Assembly: GCA_013043705.1 (NCBI GenBank)
Contig: JABDNS010000108.1
Location: 17 to 64,016, forward strand
DNA length: 64,000 nt
From: Pseudomonadales bacterium
GTDB lineage: Bacteria; Pseudomonadota; Gammaproteobacteria; Pseudomonadales; UBA7434
Direction of reading: 5' to 3'
Position 1 is the first letter of the stretch. Each line of letters starts with the position of its first letter. Below are positions 29,855 to 39,885 of the stretch, one piece after another. A program made the translations under genes and the position numbers. Under the pieces are notes generated by a model, which searched no databases, was not told where the DNA came from, and saw nothing but the letters and a program-made list of their open reading frames with translations.

Positions 29855-30997
29855 TTACCCTGCTCCATTGCGCGCGTTAGCTGCAGCCGGAGTGGACTTG
29901 GGTGGCGGTGCCGAGCGATAGTTGGAGCGGCGCTGAAGCACCTGGTATTTACGCACCGCGCGCTGGTGCTCTTCCAGCGTTTTGGAAAAGTAATGACTAC
30001 CGTCGCCTTTGGCAACAAAATAAAAAGTATCGCCCTGAGCCGGATTGAGTGCCGCGCGAATAGCGCCGCGACCGGGCAACGCGATCGGCGTTGGCGGCAG
30101 CCCACCTCGTGTATAGGTATTGTAAGGCGTATCGCGACGCAGGTGCACGCGCGTTAAGTTGCCGCTATAGCTATCGCGCACCCCGTAAATAACCGTGGGG
30201 TCAGTTTGCAAGCGCATACCCTTTCGCAAGCGCCGCGTGAAAACGCCGGCTATTTGCTCGCGCTCTTCGATTTTGCCGGTTTCTTTCTCCACGATTGAGG
30301 CCATGATCAGTGCCTCATAGGGCCTACTAAAGGGCAAGTCCGGCTGGCGCTTCGGCCACTCCTCTTGCAGCACAACCAGCATGCGCTGGTGTGCGCGCTG
30401 CAATATATCTGTTGCCGACTCGCCGCGTACAAAGTGATAAGTATCGGGGAAAAACCAGCCTTCAGGATTGCTTTGCCCAGCCATCATTTCCCGCGCAGGC
30501 GCTAGCAGTAAATTGCCGAGTAAGTTATCGGCTTGCGCCAGTAGCGCTGGTGCAGGCGCTGGCGGTGATTCGGGCAGCGCAGCGAGCACGATTTGCAACG
30601 CCTCCCTGGCGGTTAAACCTTCCACCAAAGTCACGCTGTAATGCACCGACACGCCCGAAGCCAACAGCTCAAAAATGGCCGCGCGCGATGCGCGCCCAGG
30701 CAGTCGATATTCGCCGGCTTTCACCGTTAATGAAGGCTGGAACAATCGCAGCGCGAGCTTGGCTACGCGCGGCTCGGCAAGCACCTCGCGGCGATGCAAA
30801 TCACCAATAACCCTGCCCAGGCTGGCGCCTGCCGGCACGTTAAGAACCTGCTCGGTATCGACCAGCGAAAACTCTTCGTACCAATAGTTGTGTAAAAGTT
30901 TGCCGGCAAAAAACAAGCCGATGACTAATACAACAGCCGCTGTCAAAGCCAACATCAGCAATTGCTTTATGCGCTTTGATACAGCAGCCATCAGCAC
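29855..30997 (-). CDS. mltG: Endolytic murein transglycosylase MltG (YceG family)
   Basis: It has an N-terminal TM segment, the motif ASIVEKETG and PPTPIALPG. Confidence 0.9.
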   Translation of the reverse strand: MLMAAVSKRIKQLLMLALTAAVVLVIGLFFAGKLLHNYWYEEFSLVDTEQVLNVPAGASLGRVIGDLHRREVLAEPRVAKLALRLFQPSLTVKAGEYRLPGRASRAAIFELLASGVSVHYSVTLVEGLTAREALQIVLAALPESPPAPAPALLAQADNLLGNLLLAPAREMMAGQSNPEGWFFPDTYHFVRGESATDILQRAHQRMLVVLQEEWPKRQPDLPFSRPYEALIMASIVEKETGKIEEREQIAGVFTRRLRKGMRLQTDPTVIYGVRDSYSGNLTRVHLRRDTPYNTYTRGGLPPTPIALPGRGAIRAALNPAQGDTFYFVAKGDGSHYFSKTLEEHQRAVRKYQVLQRRSNYRSAPPPKSTPAAANARNGAG

Positions 30998-31869
30998 GCT
31001 CCGCCTGCATCACTTGCTATGCACATACGCGCTCGTACTTTTTCCTGTATCGCTTTAATCGCTGTGTTGCCTGGAAACTTTATTCGCTGGCCGCTACGTG
31101 TTGTAACCGACGCCACCGCGGCAGGGCCGCGCACCGCATTACAAACAAACATCGCATCGCACGCTTGCAGGCCCGCCAGTGAAACATTTTCTATACGGCA
31201 ATCGAGCCCGATACCAGGCAACACTTCGCGCAACAAAAATTCTCGCATAACACCCGCAACGCCCGCCCTGTTTACCGGGGGCGTTACCAGGTAGCCGTCT
31301 TGCAAGAGGAAAATATTGCCCTGGATAGCTTCAACAACGTTACCCTCCAAATCCAGCATCAAGCCTTCGTCGAATTCAGCGGCTGGCAACTCCATGCGCG
31401 CCAGCACCTGCTCAAGCCGGTTGCAATGCTTAAGCCCAGCTAACCGGGGCTGGATTGCCAAACGGGTCTCGCATTCCATAATGCGCAAGGCTTTTGGTTC
31501 AACGTCGGGTGGCGCTATGGCAGAGGCAACCAGCAGGCTATTCAAAACCGCGCCTTCTGTGCTATAGCCAGGCTTGCTAGCGTGGCGGCTAAGCAACCAC
31601 TTAATACGCTGGAAATCATTATCCTGCGCCACGGCCTGCAAAAAAGTATCGAGCTCGGCTTCGAGCACTGCAAAGTCGGCATCGAAGCGCAATGCCGCCA
31701 ATCCGTGCCGAAGCCGTTGCAAATGGTAGCGCTGCAATGGAATATTGCCGCGCTCGCACAACATGGTTTCAAACAAACCATCGCCATAGTGCGACACACG
31801 ATCGAGAGAGGGAGATTGGTTTAATGTTGCGTCCGGGGCTAACCAAACGCCATTGTGCATTGCACGCAT
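30991..31869 (-). CDS. pabC: Aminodeoxychorismate lyase
   Basis: DRVSHYGDGLFETM and a class IV aminotransferase fold follow fabF, as in Pseudomonas. The start is trimmed to just after the fabF stop. Confidence 0.78.
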   Translation of the reverse strand: MRAMHNGVWLAPDATLNQSPSLDRVSHYGDGLFETMLCERGNIPLQRYHLQRLRHGLAALRFDADFAVLEAELDTFLQAVAQDNDFQRIKWLLSRHASKPGYSTEGAVLNSLLVASAIAPPDVEPKALRIMECETRLAIQPRLAGLKHCNRLEQVLARMELPAAEFDEGLMLDLEGNVVEAIQGNIFLLQDGYLVTPPVNRAGVAGVMREFLLREVLPGIGLDCRIENVSLAGLQACDAMFVCNAVRGPAAVASVTTRSGQRIKFPGNTAIKAIQEKVRARMCIASDAGGAC

Positions 31870-31876
31870 AGGCGAA

Positions 31877-33118
31877 TCAGGCAAGCTCGCGAAACACCAG
31901 CGTGCCGTTGGTACCACCAAAACCAAACGAATTCGACATGCTACAGCGAATGTCGCGCTGCTGCGCGGTGTGCGCAACAAAGTCAAGGTCGCAATCTTCA
32001 TCCGGATCATCGAGATTGATGGTCGGCGGCGCGATGTTGTCGCGAATTGCAAGCACCGAAAATATCGCCTCCACTGCACCCGCAGCGCCAAGCAAGTGAC
32101 CAATCATGGATTTGGTGCTGCTAACCGCAGCCTTGCTTGCATGATCGCCTAGCACCGACTTAACCGCCAGGCACTCCGCAACATCGCCGGCGGGAGTGGA
32201 GGTGCCGTGCGCATTGATGTAATCAATTTCCGACGCAGGGATGCCGGCATCTTGCAGCGCATTGCGCATGGCGCTGGCAGCGCCTTGCCCTTCGGGTGGT
32301 GGCGAGGTCATATGATACGCATCGCCACTCATACCAAAACCAACCAGCTCACAATAAATGTTTGCTCCGCGCGCTTTCGCAAACTCGTACTCTTCCAGCA
32401 CTAGCATGCCTGCGCCATCCGACAGCACAAATCCGTCACGTGCTTTATCCCATGGGCGGCTCGCCGCTTGTGGATCGTCATTGCGGGTCGACAGCGCGCG
32501 CGCTGCGGCGAAACCACCCAGCGCTACCGGTGTAGTAGCCATCTCCGACCCACCTACCACCATCGCATCGGCATCGTTCATCGCTATAAGCCGCGCCGCC
32601 AGCCCTATGTTGTGAGTACCCGTTGTGCAAGCGGTTACCACAGCAAGATTGGGACCCTTAAAGCCGTATTTAATCGACACATTGCCGGCAATCATATTGA
32701 TGATTGAGCCGGGCACAAAAAACGGCGAAACCCGTTTCGGTCCGCGCTCTTTAATAATGTCGCGGGTTGCCTCGATAGAACCAACGCCACCGATACCGGA
32801 GCCAATCGCTGCGCCAACACGTGGCGCGTTGTTTTCATTAATTTCCAGCCCCGCGTCTTCAATCGCCTCAATCGCTGCGTACATGCCGTACTGGATAAAC
32901 AGATCCATCTTGCGCGCATCTTTCGCAGGCAGCCGCTGGGTTACGTCAAAATCGTGCACGCCGCCACCAAAGCGCGTGGTAAAGGCAGAGGCATCAAATG
33001 CTGTTATCGGGCCAATGCCGCTTGTGCCAGCCACAATACCCGACCAACTGTCGGCAACACTATTACCCAGCGGGCTGACCATGCCGAGACCGGTAACCAC
33101 CACTCTTCTGGAACCCAT
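31877..33118 (-). CDS. fabF: Beta-ketoacyl-ACP synthase II
   Basis: [15 protein letters not shown] is followed by an active-site Cys in VTACTTG and by the HGTSTPAGD and GHLLGAAG motifs. The start is trimmed to the ATG at 33118, which has a GGAGAG Shine-Dalgarno sequence. Confidence 0.97.
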   Translation of the reverse strand: MGSRRVVVTGLGMVSPLGNSVADSWSGIVAGTSGIGPITAFDASAFTTRFGGGVHDFDVTQRLPAKDARKMDLFIQYGMYAAIEAIEDAGLEINENNAPRVGAAIGSGIGGVGSIEATRDIIKERGPKRVSPFFVPGSIINMIAGNVSIKYGFKGPNLAVVTACTTGTHNIGLAARLIAMNDADAMVVGGSEMATTPVALGGFAAARALSTRNDDPQAASRPWDKARDGFVLSDGAGMLVLEEYEFAKARGANIYCELVGFGMSGDAYHMTSPPPEGQGAASAMRNALQDAGIPASEIDYINAHGTSTPAGDVAECLAVKSVLGDHASKAAVSSTKSMIGHLLGAAGAVEAIFSVLAIRDNIAPPTINLDDPDEDCDLDFVAHTAQQRDIRCSMSNSFGFGGTNGTLVFRELA

Positions 33119-33388
33119 ACTTCTCTCCTCTTGCGGCCTGCTGCTCAACTGGTCATCGCGTCGAAAATTAGCTTGCTATTTTCACGCGGTTTATTAAAAC
33201 AAAAAAGCCGCTGCAGGAAACAGGCGGCTTTAATATCGCATTTAAATTATTTGCTGGGCCCACAGTAAGCCGGCCATAAAACTTTTTGTGCGGCTGCTGA
33301 AACACGCTTTCTTCGTGCGTGTTTTTTTGAGCAGCTAAGCTATGATGCTCAACGGCTGCACAGCGAAAATTACAAATTCAACCTGTCG

Positions 33389-33625
33389 CTAGTTGAGATT
33401 TTTCTCAACGTAATCGATAGCGAGCTGGACCGTGGTAATTGCCTCAGCTTCTTCATCGGGGATTTCGGTTTCGAATTCCTCTTCCAACGCCATAACTAAC
33501 TCTACGGTATCGAGTGAGTCTGCGCCCAGATCTTCAACAAAAGACGCTGAATTCTGGATTTCATCTTCTTTCACGCCGAGTTGTTCGGCGACAATTTTCT
33601 TCACTCGCTCTTCAATGCTGCTCAT
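33389..33625 (-). CDS. acpP: Acyl carrier protein
   Basis: [18 protein letters not shown]...[19 protein letters not shown] contains the phosphopantetheine-attachment Ser. Confidence 0.98.
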   Translation of the reverse strand: MSSIEERVKKIVAEQLGVKEDEIQNSASFVEDLGADSLDTVELVMALEEEFETEIPDEEAEAITTVQLAIDYVEKNLN

Positions 33626-33968
33626 TATTCCGCGGTTCTCCCGTAGCTGTTCCGGTTTTTGTTCAAATGCGCAACGCGCAATAAAAACCCTGGTGCCCGT
33701 TGGTTACTATTAATTGCTAATCATTGCTAATGTTTAGCAAACAAAGTTACCACTATCAAAAAATGGTAACGCCACAACTCAAGTTTCTGCAATTTGGGCT
33801 GCCCATTTTGCGGCGCCGCGAATTGTACATGGAAACACCTGAATTGTAAGTGGCTTAGTGCTGAACTATGGGCTCGAAGTTCCCGTCGTTCGTACGATTT
33901 TTAATCGGCAAAAAAACACGCTATCGGCCTTGCAAAACTGCAGTATTCCAGCCGCCCGGGCTTGCAAA

Positions 33969-34718
33969 CTAGCCCATGTACATGCCGCCGTTAACGTGCA
34001 GCGTTTCACCAGAGATATAAGCGGCGCGGTCGCTGGCCAGGAAAGCGACCACGTCAGCGATTTCACTGGCCTGGCCTAGCCTCGCAAGCGGTATTTGTTC
34101 TGCCAACGCTTTTTTTTGATCCTCCGGCAACGCATCTGTCATATCGGTCTCAATGAGGCCGGGCGCAACAGTATTGACGGTAATTGCCCGCGAGCCCAGC
34201 TCCCGAGCGAGCGCTCGCCCGAAACCAGCGATACCCGCTTTTGTTGCTGCATAGTTCGCCTGCCCTGCATTACCCATCGACCCCACCACCGAACTGATAT
34301 TAATGATACGCCCCCAGCGCGCGCGGGTCATACCTTTCAAACAGGCTTTCACTACGCGGTAGGCCGCGTTCAGGTTGGTGTCGACAACTGCATCCCACTC
34401 TTCCGGTTTCATGCGCAACATTAAATTATCGCGTGTAATACCCGCATTGTTAACCACCACTTGCGGCGCAGAAAATCGCTCGCCAATTTCTTTTACAACG
34501 GTTTGAACTTGTTCTGCATCGGTAACGTTTAACGCAAAGCCGCTGCCAGTAATACCGGCCTCGTCCAGATAAGTGGAAATAGCGTCTGCGCCGGCTTGCG
34601 ACGTTGCCGTACCCGCAATGATAAACCCGTCCCTGCCAAGCGCGAGTGCAATCGCTTTGCCAATACCGCGGCTCGCGCCGGTTACCAACGCAACGCGTGC
34701 CTGTATATCTTCATTCAT
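33969..34718 (-). CDS. fabG: 3-oxoacyl-ACP reductase
   Basis: ALVTGASRGIGKAIA is followed by the YAATKAG catalytic motif. The start is trimmed to MNEDIQ at 34718. Confidence 0.96.
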   Translation of the reverse strand: MNEDIQARVALVTGASRGIGKAIALALGRDGFIIAGTATSQAGADAISTYLDEAGITGSGFALNVTDAEQVQTVVKEIGERFSAPQVVVNNAGITRDNLMLRMKPEEWDAVVDTNLNAAYRVVKACLKGMTRARWGRIINISSVVGSMGNAGQANYAATKAGIAGFGRALARELGSRAITVNTVAPGLIETDMTDALPEDQKKALAEQIPLARLGQASEIADVVAFLASDRAAYISGETLHVNGGMYMG

Positions 34719-34763
34719 AATAGTTTCGCTCTGGCGCAAATTGCGTAGATGTGGGGTGCCCGG

Positions 34764-35708
34764 TCAGGCCTGCTGAACCAGCGCTTCGAATTTGTCGGCG
34801 TCATCCAGCGGGGTAACCACGAGTGAGCGCTGCACGCGACGAACCAGGCCGGCCAACACCTTACCAGGCCCACACTCATAGCCTTTTTCAATGCCCTGCT
34901 GCACCATGAATTGCACGCTTCGCGTCCATTGCACAGGGCTGGCAGTTTGTTCGATCATCAGTGCCTTGATGCGCGTCGGGTTGGTTTCCGGTTGCGCATT
35001 GACGTTGTGCACAATGGGCACGCGGGGCGCGCTGAACGCCAGCGCGTCGATATCAAGCGCTAGCGATTCCGCCGCCGGCCGCATAAGGCTGGTGTGGAAA
35101 GGTGCACTTACAGGCAGCTTTGCCACGCGCTTGGCGCCTGCATCGCTGAGCGCCGCAGAGGCTCGATCTACCGCTGCAGCACTACCGGCAATTACCACCT
35201 GGCCTGGCGAATTAAAGTTTACCGCCTCAACCACTTCGCTGCCTGTGCAGGCCGCCGCGCACGCAGCAACGATAACGTCGTCGTCCAGGCCAAGCACTGC
35301 GGCCATTGCACCGGCGCCAACCGGCACCGCGGTTTGCATGTATTGCCCACGCTTGCGCACCAGGTCAACAGCGTCTTCAAAACCTAACACCTCACTGCAA
35401 ACCAATGCACTGTATTCGCCAAGGCTATGCCCGGCCATCATAGCTGGCAGCGGGCCACCGAGCTCGCGCCACAGGCGCCACATCGCCACGCTGCTGGTGA
35501 GCAGCAGCGGCTGCGTGCGTTCGGTAAGATTGAGTGTTTCCTGGGGACCCTGTTGGGCGAGCGCCCACAGGTCGTAACCGAGTACCGCGGAGGCATCGGC
35601 AAAAGTTTTCTTTAGTTGGGGAAATGCTTCTGCAAGCGCCGACAGCATGCCGACCGATTGCGATCCCTGACCTGGAAAGAAAAACGCCAGCGACACGTTA
35701 TTCACCAT
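34764..35708 (-). CDS. fabD: Malonyl-CoA:ACP transacylase
   Basis: FFFPGQGSQSVGM is followed by the active-site motif GHSLGEYSAL. Confidence 0.96.
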   Translation of the reverse strand: MVNNVSLAFFFPGQGSQSVGMLSALAEAFPQLKKTFADASAVLGYDLWALAQQGPQETLNLTERTQPLLLTSSVAMWRLWRELGGPLPAMMAGHSLGEYSALVCSEVLGFEDAVDLVRKRGQYMQTAVPVGAGAMAAVLGLDDDVIVAACAAACTGSEVVEAVNFNSPGQVVIAGSAAAVDRASAALSDAGAKRVAKLPVSAPFHTSLMRPAAESLALDIDALAFSAPRVPIVHNVNAQPETNPTRIKALMIEQTASPVQWTRSVQFMVQQGIEKGYECGPGKVLAGLVRRVQRSLVVTPLDDADKFEALVQQA

Positions 35709-35733
35709 GTCCGGTTAAAAAAAGTAGTGGGCT

Positions 35734-35916
35734 CTAATCGTCCAGACCGCTTTCTACAACTTTTTTACCGCGATAAAAACCCTCGGCGCTAACATTGTGA
35801 CGCAGGTGCTTTTCGCCGCTGGTTTCGTCTACCGAAAGTGTCGGCTTACCCAAACTATCGTGCGAGCGTCGCTGGCCGCGTCGCGACCGCGTAACTTTAC
35901 TCTTTTGAACTGCCAT
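35734..35916 (-). CDS. rpmF: 50S ribosomal protein L32
   Basis: [22 protein letters not shown] identifies L32. Confidence 0.97.
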   Translation of the reverse strand: MAVQKSKVTRSRRGQRRSHDSLGKPTLSVDETSGEKHLRHNVSAEGFYRGKKVVESGLDD

Positions 35917-35995
35917 TTTGCCTGGCTCCTTTCTTGACTACTTTAAAAAACTTTACTGCATTAAACCTGCGTATATTTATAACAAAGCAAGCGCT

Positions 35996-36568
35996 TTAAT
36001 CTTGTTTACCCGGCTTCAGTTCGCGCAGTACTGCGAACGGATTTTCGCGCTCGCCTGCCGACACCGCAGCCGAGTCGGCAGCTGCCTCATTACCCCGATT
36101 CGCTGGTTCTTGTGCGGCCGTGTTAAACCCGGCAATTTGCACTGTGCAATCTTCTTGCTCATGCAGCGCTACGATGGGCAATGCCATCAATAATTCGTCT
36201 TCAACCAGCGCGTAAACCTCCAGCTCGTCGCCCTCAACAATGAGCGGATCAACATCTCGCAAGCTGGCCTTTGCTTCGGCATCGTGTGCGACAACTGTGA
36301 GAATCGAATCTGCCTGCACCGCAATGGTCACCGGCTTCAGGCAACGTTGGCAAGCCAGCGCAACCGATCCATCAACCCGCGCCCTCAGTGTGCGCTTGCC
36401 GAACTCGTTCTCGGCGAACTCTATCTCTACCGCGAAAGGCCCTGCTGCCTGCAAGATCGCAGCGGCGACTCGCGGCAGCCTCGCCAATGGAATAGTTCCG
36501 CTCAGGCTGTGGCCGGCTGCCGCATATTTACGTACCGACACCGTTCGCGGCAGGGCTTGGCTGCTCAT
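35996..36568 (-). CDS. yceD: YceD/DUF177 family (23S rRNA accumulation) protein
   Basis: It has the CQRCLKPV Cys pair and an acidic C-terminus, and it sits in the conserved position upstream of rpmF. Confidence 0.85.
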   Translation of the reverse strand: MSSQALPRTVSVRKYAAAGHSLSGTIPLARLPRVAAAILQAAGPFAVEIEFAENEFGKRTLRARVDGSVALACQRCLKPVTIAVQADSILTVVAHDAEAKASLRDVDPLIVEGDELEVYALVEDELLMALPIVALHEQEDCTVQIAGFNTAAQEPANRGNEAAADSAAVSAGERENPFAVLRELKPGKQD

Positions 36569-36691
36569 AATCGGGCGGTATTATAGGCAGGCAAAGTTTA
36601 GCGTCAACGCACGATCGGGTGTTTTTGACGCTATGCACGACCAGAAATGGCCAATTCGGCTGCCCGCAGCCAAAATAGCCTGGAATTTCGC

Positions 36692-37285
36692 ATGCCAACT
36701 ATCATACTCGCCTCCAGTTCGCCTTATCGGGCGCAATTGCTACACCGTATCGTTTCCAGGTTCGATACCGACAGCCCGGACATCGACGAGCGTGCCCGCG
36801 CCGATGAAAGCGGCAAGGCGCTGGCGGCGAGACTCGCGGCTGAAAAAGCGAGCGCGGTAGCGCGGCGCCACCGCGGCTCTGTGATCATTGCCGCCGACCA
36901 GGTGGCGCTGCTGCAAGCCGATACCGCGAAGGAACGCGTGCTTGGCAAACCGGGAGACTTCGCCCACGCACGCGAACAACTGTTAGCCTGCAGCGGCCAG
37001 CGGGTTGCGTTCCACAGTGCCTGCTGCGTGCTAAACGGGCATACAAACCGCATCGACCACTTTCACGACACGGTTACGGTGACCTACAAAACGCTGGCGC
37101 CTGAAACGGTGGAGTCCTACTTGCGCCAGGAACAGCCATTTGACTGCGCTGGCAGCATCAAAACCGAAGGGCTTGGTGTAGCGCTGTTGGCACATATCGA
37201 CGGCGCCGACCCCGGTACTCTGCTCGGCCTACCATTGATCCCGCTGGTTCGGGCACTGGAGAACAATAACATTTCGATCATTTAA
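36692..37285 (+). CDS. Maf-like nucleoside triphosphate pyrophosphatase (YceF type)
   Basis: MPTIILASSSPYRAQLL...IIAADQV...CAGSIKTEGLG identifies the family. The start is trimmed to 36692. Confidence 0.88.
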   Translation: MPTIILASSSPYRAQLLHRIVSRFDTDSPDIDERARADESGKALAARLAAEKASAVARRHRGSVIIAADQVALLQADTAKERVLGKPGDFAHAREQLLACSGQRVAFHSACCVLNGHTNRIDHFHDTVTVTYKTLAPETVESYLRQEQPFDCAGSIKTEGLGVALLAHIDGADPGTLLGLPLIPLVRALENNNISII

Positions 37286-37505
37286 TAAAATCAATAACTT
37301 GGAGCGCACTCATAACAGTTACTGTAGATTAATTGAACGCAAGCCTGCGAGCTTTACACAGCTTTACCCGGCAACCAACCTACTTAACCGCGCATTCCGG
37401 ATAATCACTATCAAGTTTTAACGGCCCTGACATGTGCGCAGGCGACCCTCCAGGCGCCCGCACCTTCATCTCTTGTTAAAACCGATTTTCTTACTCCCAG
37501 ACATC

Positions 37506-37530
37506 GCCCGCTTCCAGCGGGCTTTTTTTT
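37506..37530 (+). terminator. Rho-independent terminator about 220 nt downstream of maf
   Basis: The hairpin GCCCGC-TTCCA-GCGGGC is followed by TTTTTTTT. Confidence 0.55.
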
Positions 37531-37762
37531 GGCCGCAAACATGCCGTTGAACAAACTGGCAGCTGGCAACGCAAACCGCTGCGGCAATACATTGGCTGCA
37601 TCACTTGGCGCAAAACTGTTACAAGTTGTGCAATAACACAGCGGTTACAATGCGCAACATCGGCGCAGCGCTTTGTTACACCAGCGCAATTTAGCCAGCG
37701 ATATAAAATCATCATACAGCTGCCACGCAAGCGGCCGCGAAAAGGATAGGCAGGCAAAAAAC

Positions 37763-38476
37763 ATGACCCACCGCATTCTGCTGGTCGACGATGACATCGA
37801 GCTTTGTGAACTGCTGGAGGAATACCTGCAAAAGGAAGGCCTGGACATTAACGTAGCTCACGATGGCCTGGCGGCGGTCGAGCACCTGGCGCAAGTTAAT
37901 GCCGCCAAACAGGATTACGATGCGATCGTGCTGGATTTTATGCTGCCTGGTATGCAGGGCCTGGATATCTTGCAGCGACTGCGCACGTTTTCAAACACGC
38001 CGGTGCTAATGCTTACCGCGCGCGGCGACGATATCGACCGCATCGTCGGGCTGGAAGCGGGCGCCGACGATTACCTACCCAAACCTTGTAACCCGCGCGA
38101 ATTACTGGCCCGCCTTAGAGCGGTGCTCAGGCGCACCGAGAACCAGCCGACCAGCAGTAATAGCGGGGTGCTCAGTAGTCATGGCATAGAGCTGAACACC
38201 GGGCAGCGTACATCTACTATTAACGGCGAACACTTCGAGCTAACCTCGGCAGAGTTCAATGCCCTGGCAGCGTTGCTTGCCCACCAGGGCGCCATCGTCA
38301 GCAAGGAAGAACTCACCCAGCTTGCGCTTAATCGTGAATACACCCGCTACGACCGCAGCATCGATGTTCACATTAGTAGTATTCGAAAAAAACTCGCGCA
38401 GGCCTTGCCCAATGTTGAGTTAATTAAAACCGTGCGCGGTAGTGGTTACATTTTCGTAAACCAAGCGGATGCTTAA
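37763..38476 (+). CDS. OmpR-family response regulator (CpxR-like)
   Basis: The receiver domain reads MTHRILLVDDD...VLDFMLPGMQG...LMLTA...DDYLPKP. The winged-helix C-terminus ends TVRGSGYIF. Confidence 0.9.
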   Translation: MTHRILLVDDDIELCELLEEYLQKEGLDINVAHDGLAAVEHLAQVNAAKQDYDAIVLDFMLPGMQGLDILQRLRTFSNTPVLMLTARGDDIDRIVGLEAGADDYLPKPCNPRELLARLRAVLRRTENQPTSSNSGVLSSHGIELNTGQRTSTINGEHFELTSAEFNALAALLAHQGAIVSKEELTQLALNREYTRYDRSIDVHISSIRKKLAQALPNVELIKTVRGSGYIFVNQADA

Positions 38477-39839
38477 CCTTTATTGGAAAATCTTCCTGGG
38501 ATTTTGGTTAACCGGCCTGGCTCTGGGCGGCGGTGCATTCTTCGTTAGCCAGCAACTGCGAGAAGAACCTACTTCCGAAATTTACGGCCTATCGCCCGCT
38601 GAAATTGCACATCGCACTGCTTTTATTGTCAGGCGCTTACCCGCAGACATAGACGATTGGCGCGAGCGCCTTGCCGAGTATGACGTATTTTTTTACACGC
38701 AACAAAATCCGGCAAACTCGCTGGCCGCTACAGAATTGCCCGCCGACATTCAAAAGCTTTTTATACTATTGGAAGAGCAGCAAAGTATTGAAGCCAGCAG
38801 CTTTACAAGGCTTAAGTTGGGCAGGCGCGAAAAGACCCTGAACGGGCGCGAACGCGCCTACGTGCTGGATATGCCCAGTAATATGCTTTACAGCCTGCGG
38901 CGCTTTTCGGAGCGTATTGCCGTGCAGGTGTTGCTGGCTTTAGCAATAAGTGCGGCGGCCTGCTTTGTGCTGGCGCGCTACCTGACCCGCAATCTTGAAC
39001 AAATTAGCCAGGCCAGCAAGGCCCTGGCCGGCGGCGACTTGAGTGCACGTGCGCACGTGACCAATCGCGCAATGAAAGACGAAATAAGCTTGCTGGCCGA
39101 GGAGTTCAACCACATGGCGGAATCAGTGGAACAGGGTATTGAAAACCAAAAGCGACTGGTAAGGGATATTTCACACGAGCTACGCTCGCCGCTGGCTCGG
39201 CTGCAAATTGCGCTTGAGCTAGCCCGCCAGAACAATAAGACCAAAGCTCCCGAAGTAATTAATCGCGACCAGCCATTGGATCGAATTGCCATTGAAGCGG
39301 AGCGTCTAAACGACATGATCGGGCAACTTTTGGCGATGCCAGAGCGCACCGGTCATTTGGAAGATACTATCGATCTTGGCGAAATGCTGCGCGCGATTGC
39401 CGATGACAACCGCATTGAGGCAGATAAAAAAAATGCCCGCCTGCAACTGCACATCAATGAAACGGACCCACTGGTGAAGGCCAATGCCAACCAGCTGCAC
39501 TCGGCACTGGAAAATATTTTACGCAATGCCATTCACTACACCGACACCGCGACAAGCGTAGATATTAGCTTGAGCCGGCAAGATAAAAACACTTACCTGG
39601 TTGAAGTTCGCGATAAAGGCCCGGGCATACCCGAAGAGGATCTTGCGCGGGTATTTGAACCGTTTTATCGAGTGGACAAGGCGCGCAACCGAAAAACGGG
39701 CGGCTACGGCATCGGCCTGGCCATCGTACACCGCGTGGTGCAAAACCATGGCGGCACAGTGAGCGCGCGCAACCTGGCGCAGGGGCTGCTTATAAGTATT
39801 GAACTACCTGCGGCACACAACACTGGTAATGCAAGCTAG
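38469..39839 (+). CDS. Sensor histidine kinase (CpxA-like: 2 TM, HAMP, HisKA, HATPase_c)
   Basis: It has the H-box ISHELRSPLARL, the N-box NILRNAIHYT and the G-boxes DKGPGI and GGYGIGLAIV. Its start overlaps the regulator stop (ATGCTTAA). Confidence 0.9.
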   Translation: MLNLYWKIFLGFWLTGLALGGGAFFVSQQLREEPTSEIYGLSPAEIAHRTAFIVRRLPADIDDWRERLAEYDVFFYTQQNPANSLAATELPADIQKLFILLEEQQSIEASSFTRLKLGRREKTLNGRERAYVLDMPSNMLYSLRRFSERIAVQVLLALAISAAACFVLARYLTRNLEQISQASKALAGGDLSARAHVTNRAMKDEISLLAEEFNHMAESVEQGIENQKRLVRDISHELRSPLARLQIALELARQNNKTKAPEVINRDQPLDRIAIEAERLNDMIGQLLAMPERTGHLEDTIDLGEMLRAIADDNRIEADKKNARLQLHINETDPLVKANANQLHSALENILRNAIHYTDTATSVDISLSRQDKNTYLVEVRDKGPGIPEEDLARVFEPFYRVDKARNRKTGGYGIGLAIVHRVVQNHGGTVSARNLAQGLLISIELPAAHNTGNAS

Positions 39840-39885
39840 CTAACGGCCTTTCAAATAGCTAATGGCTTTCACGCAACTAAAGCAA

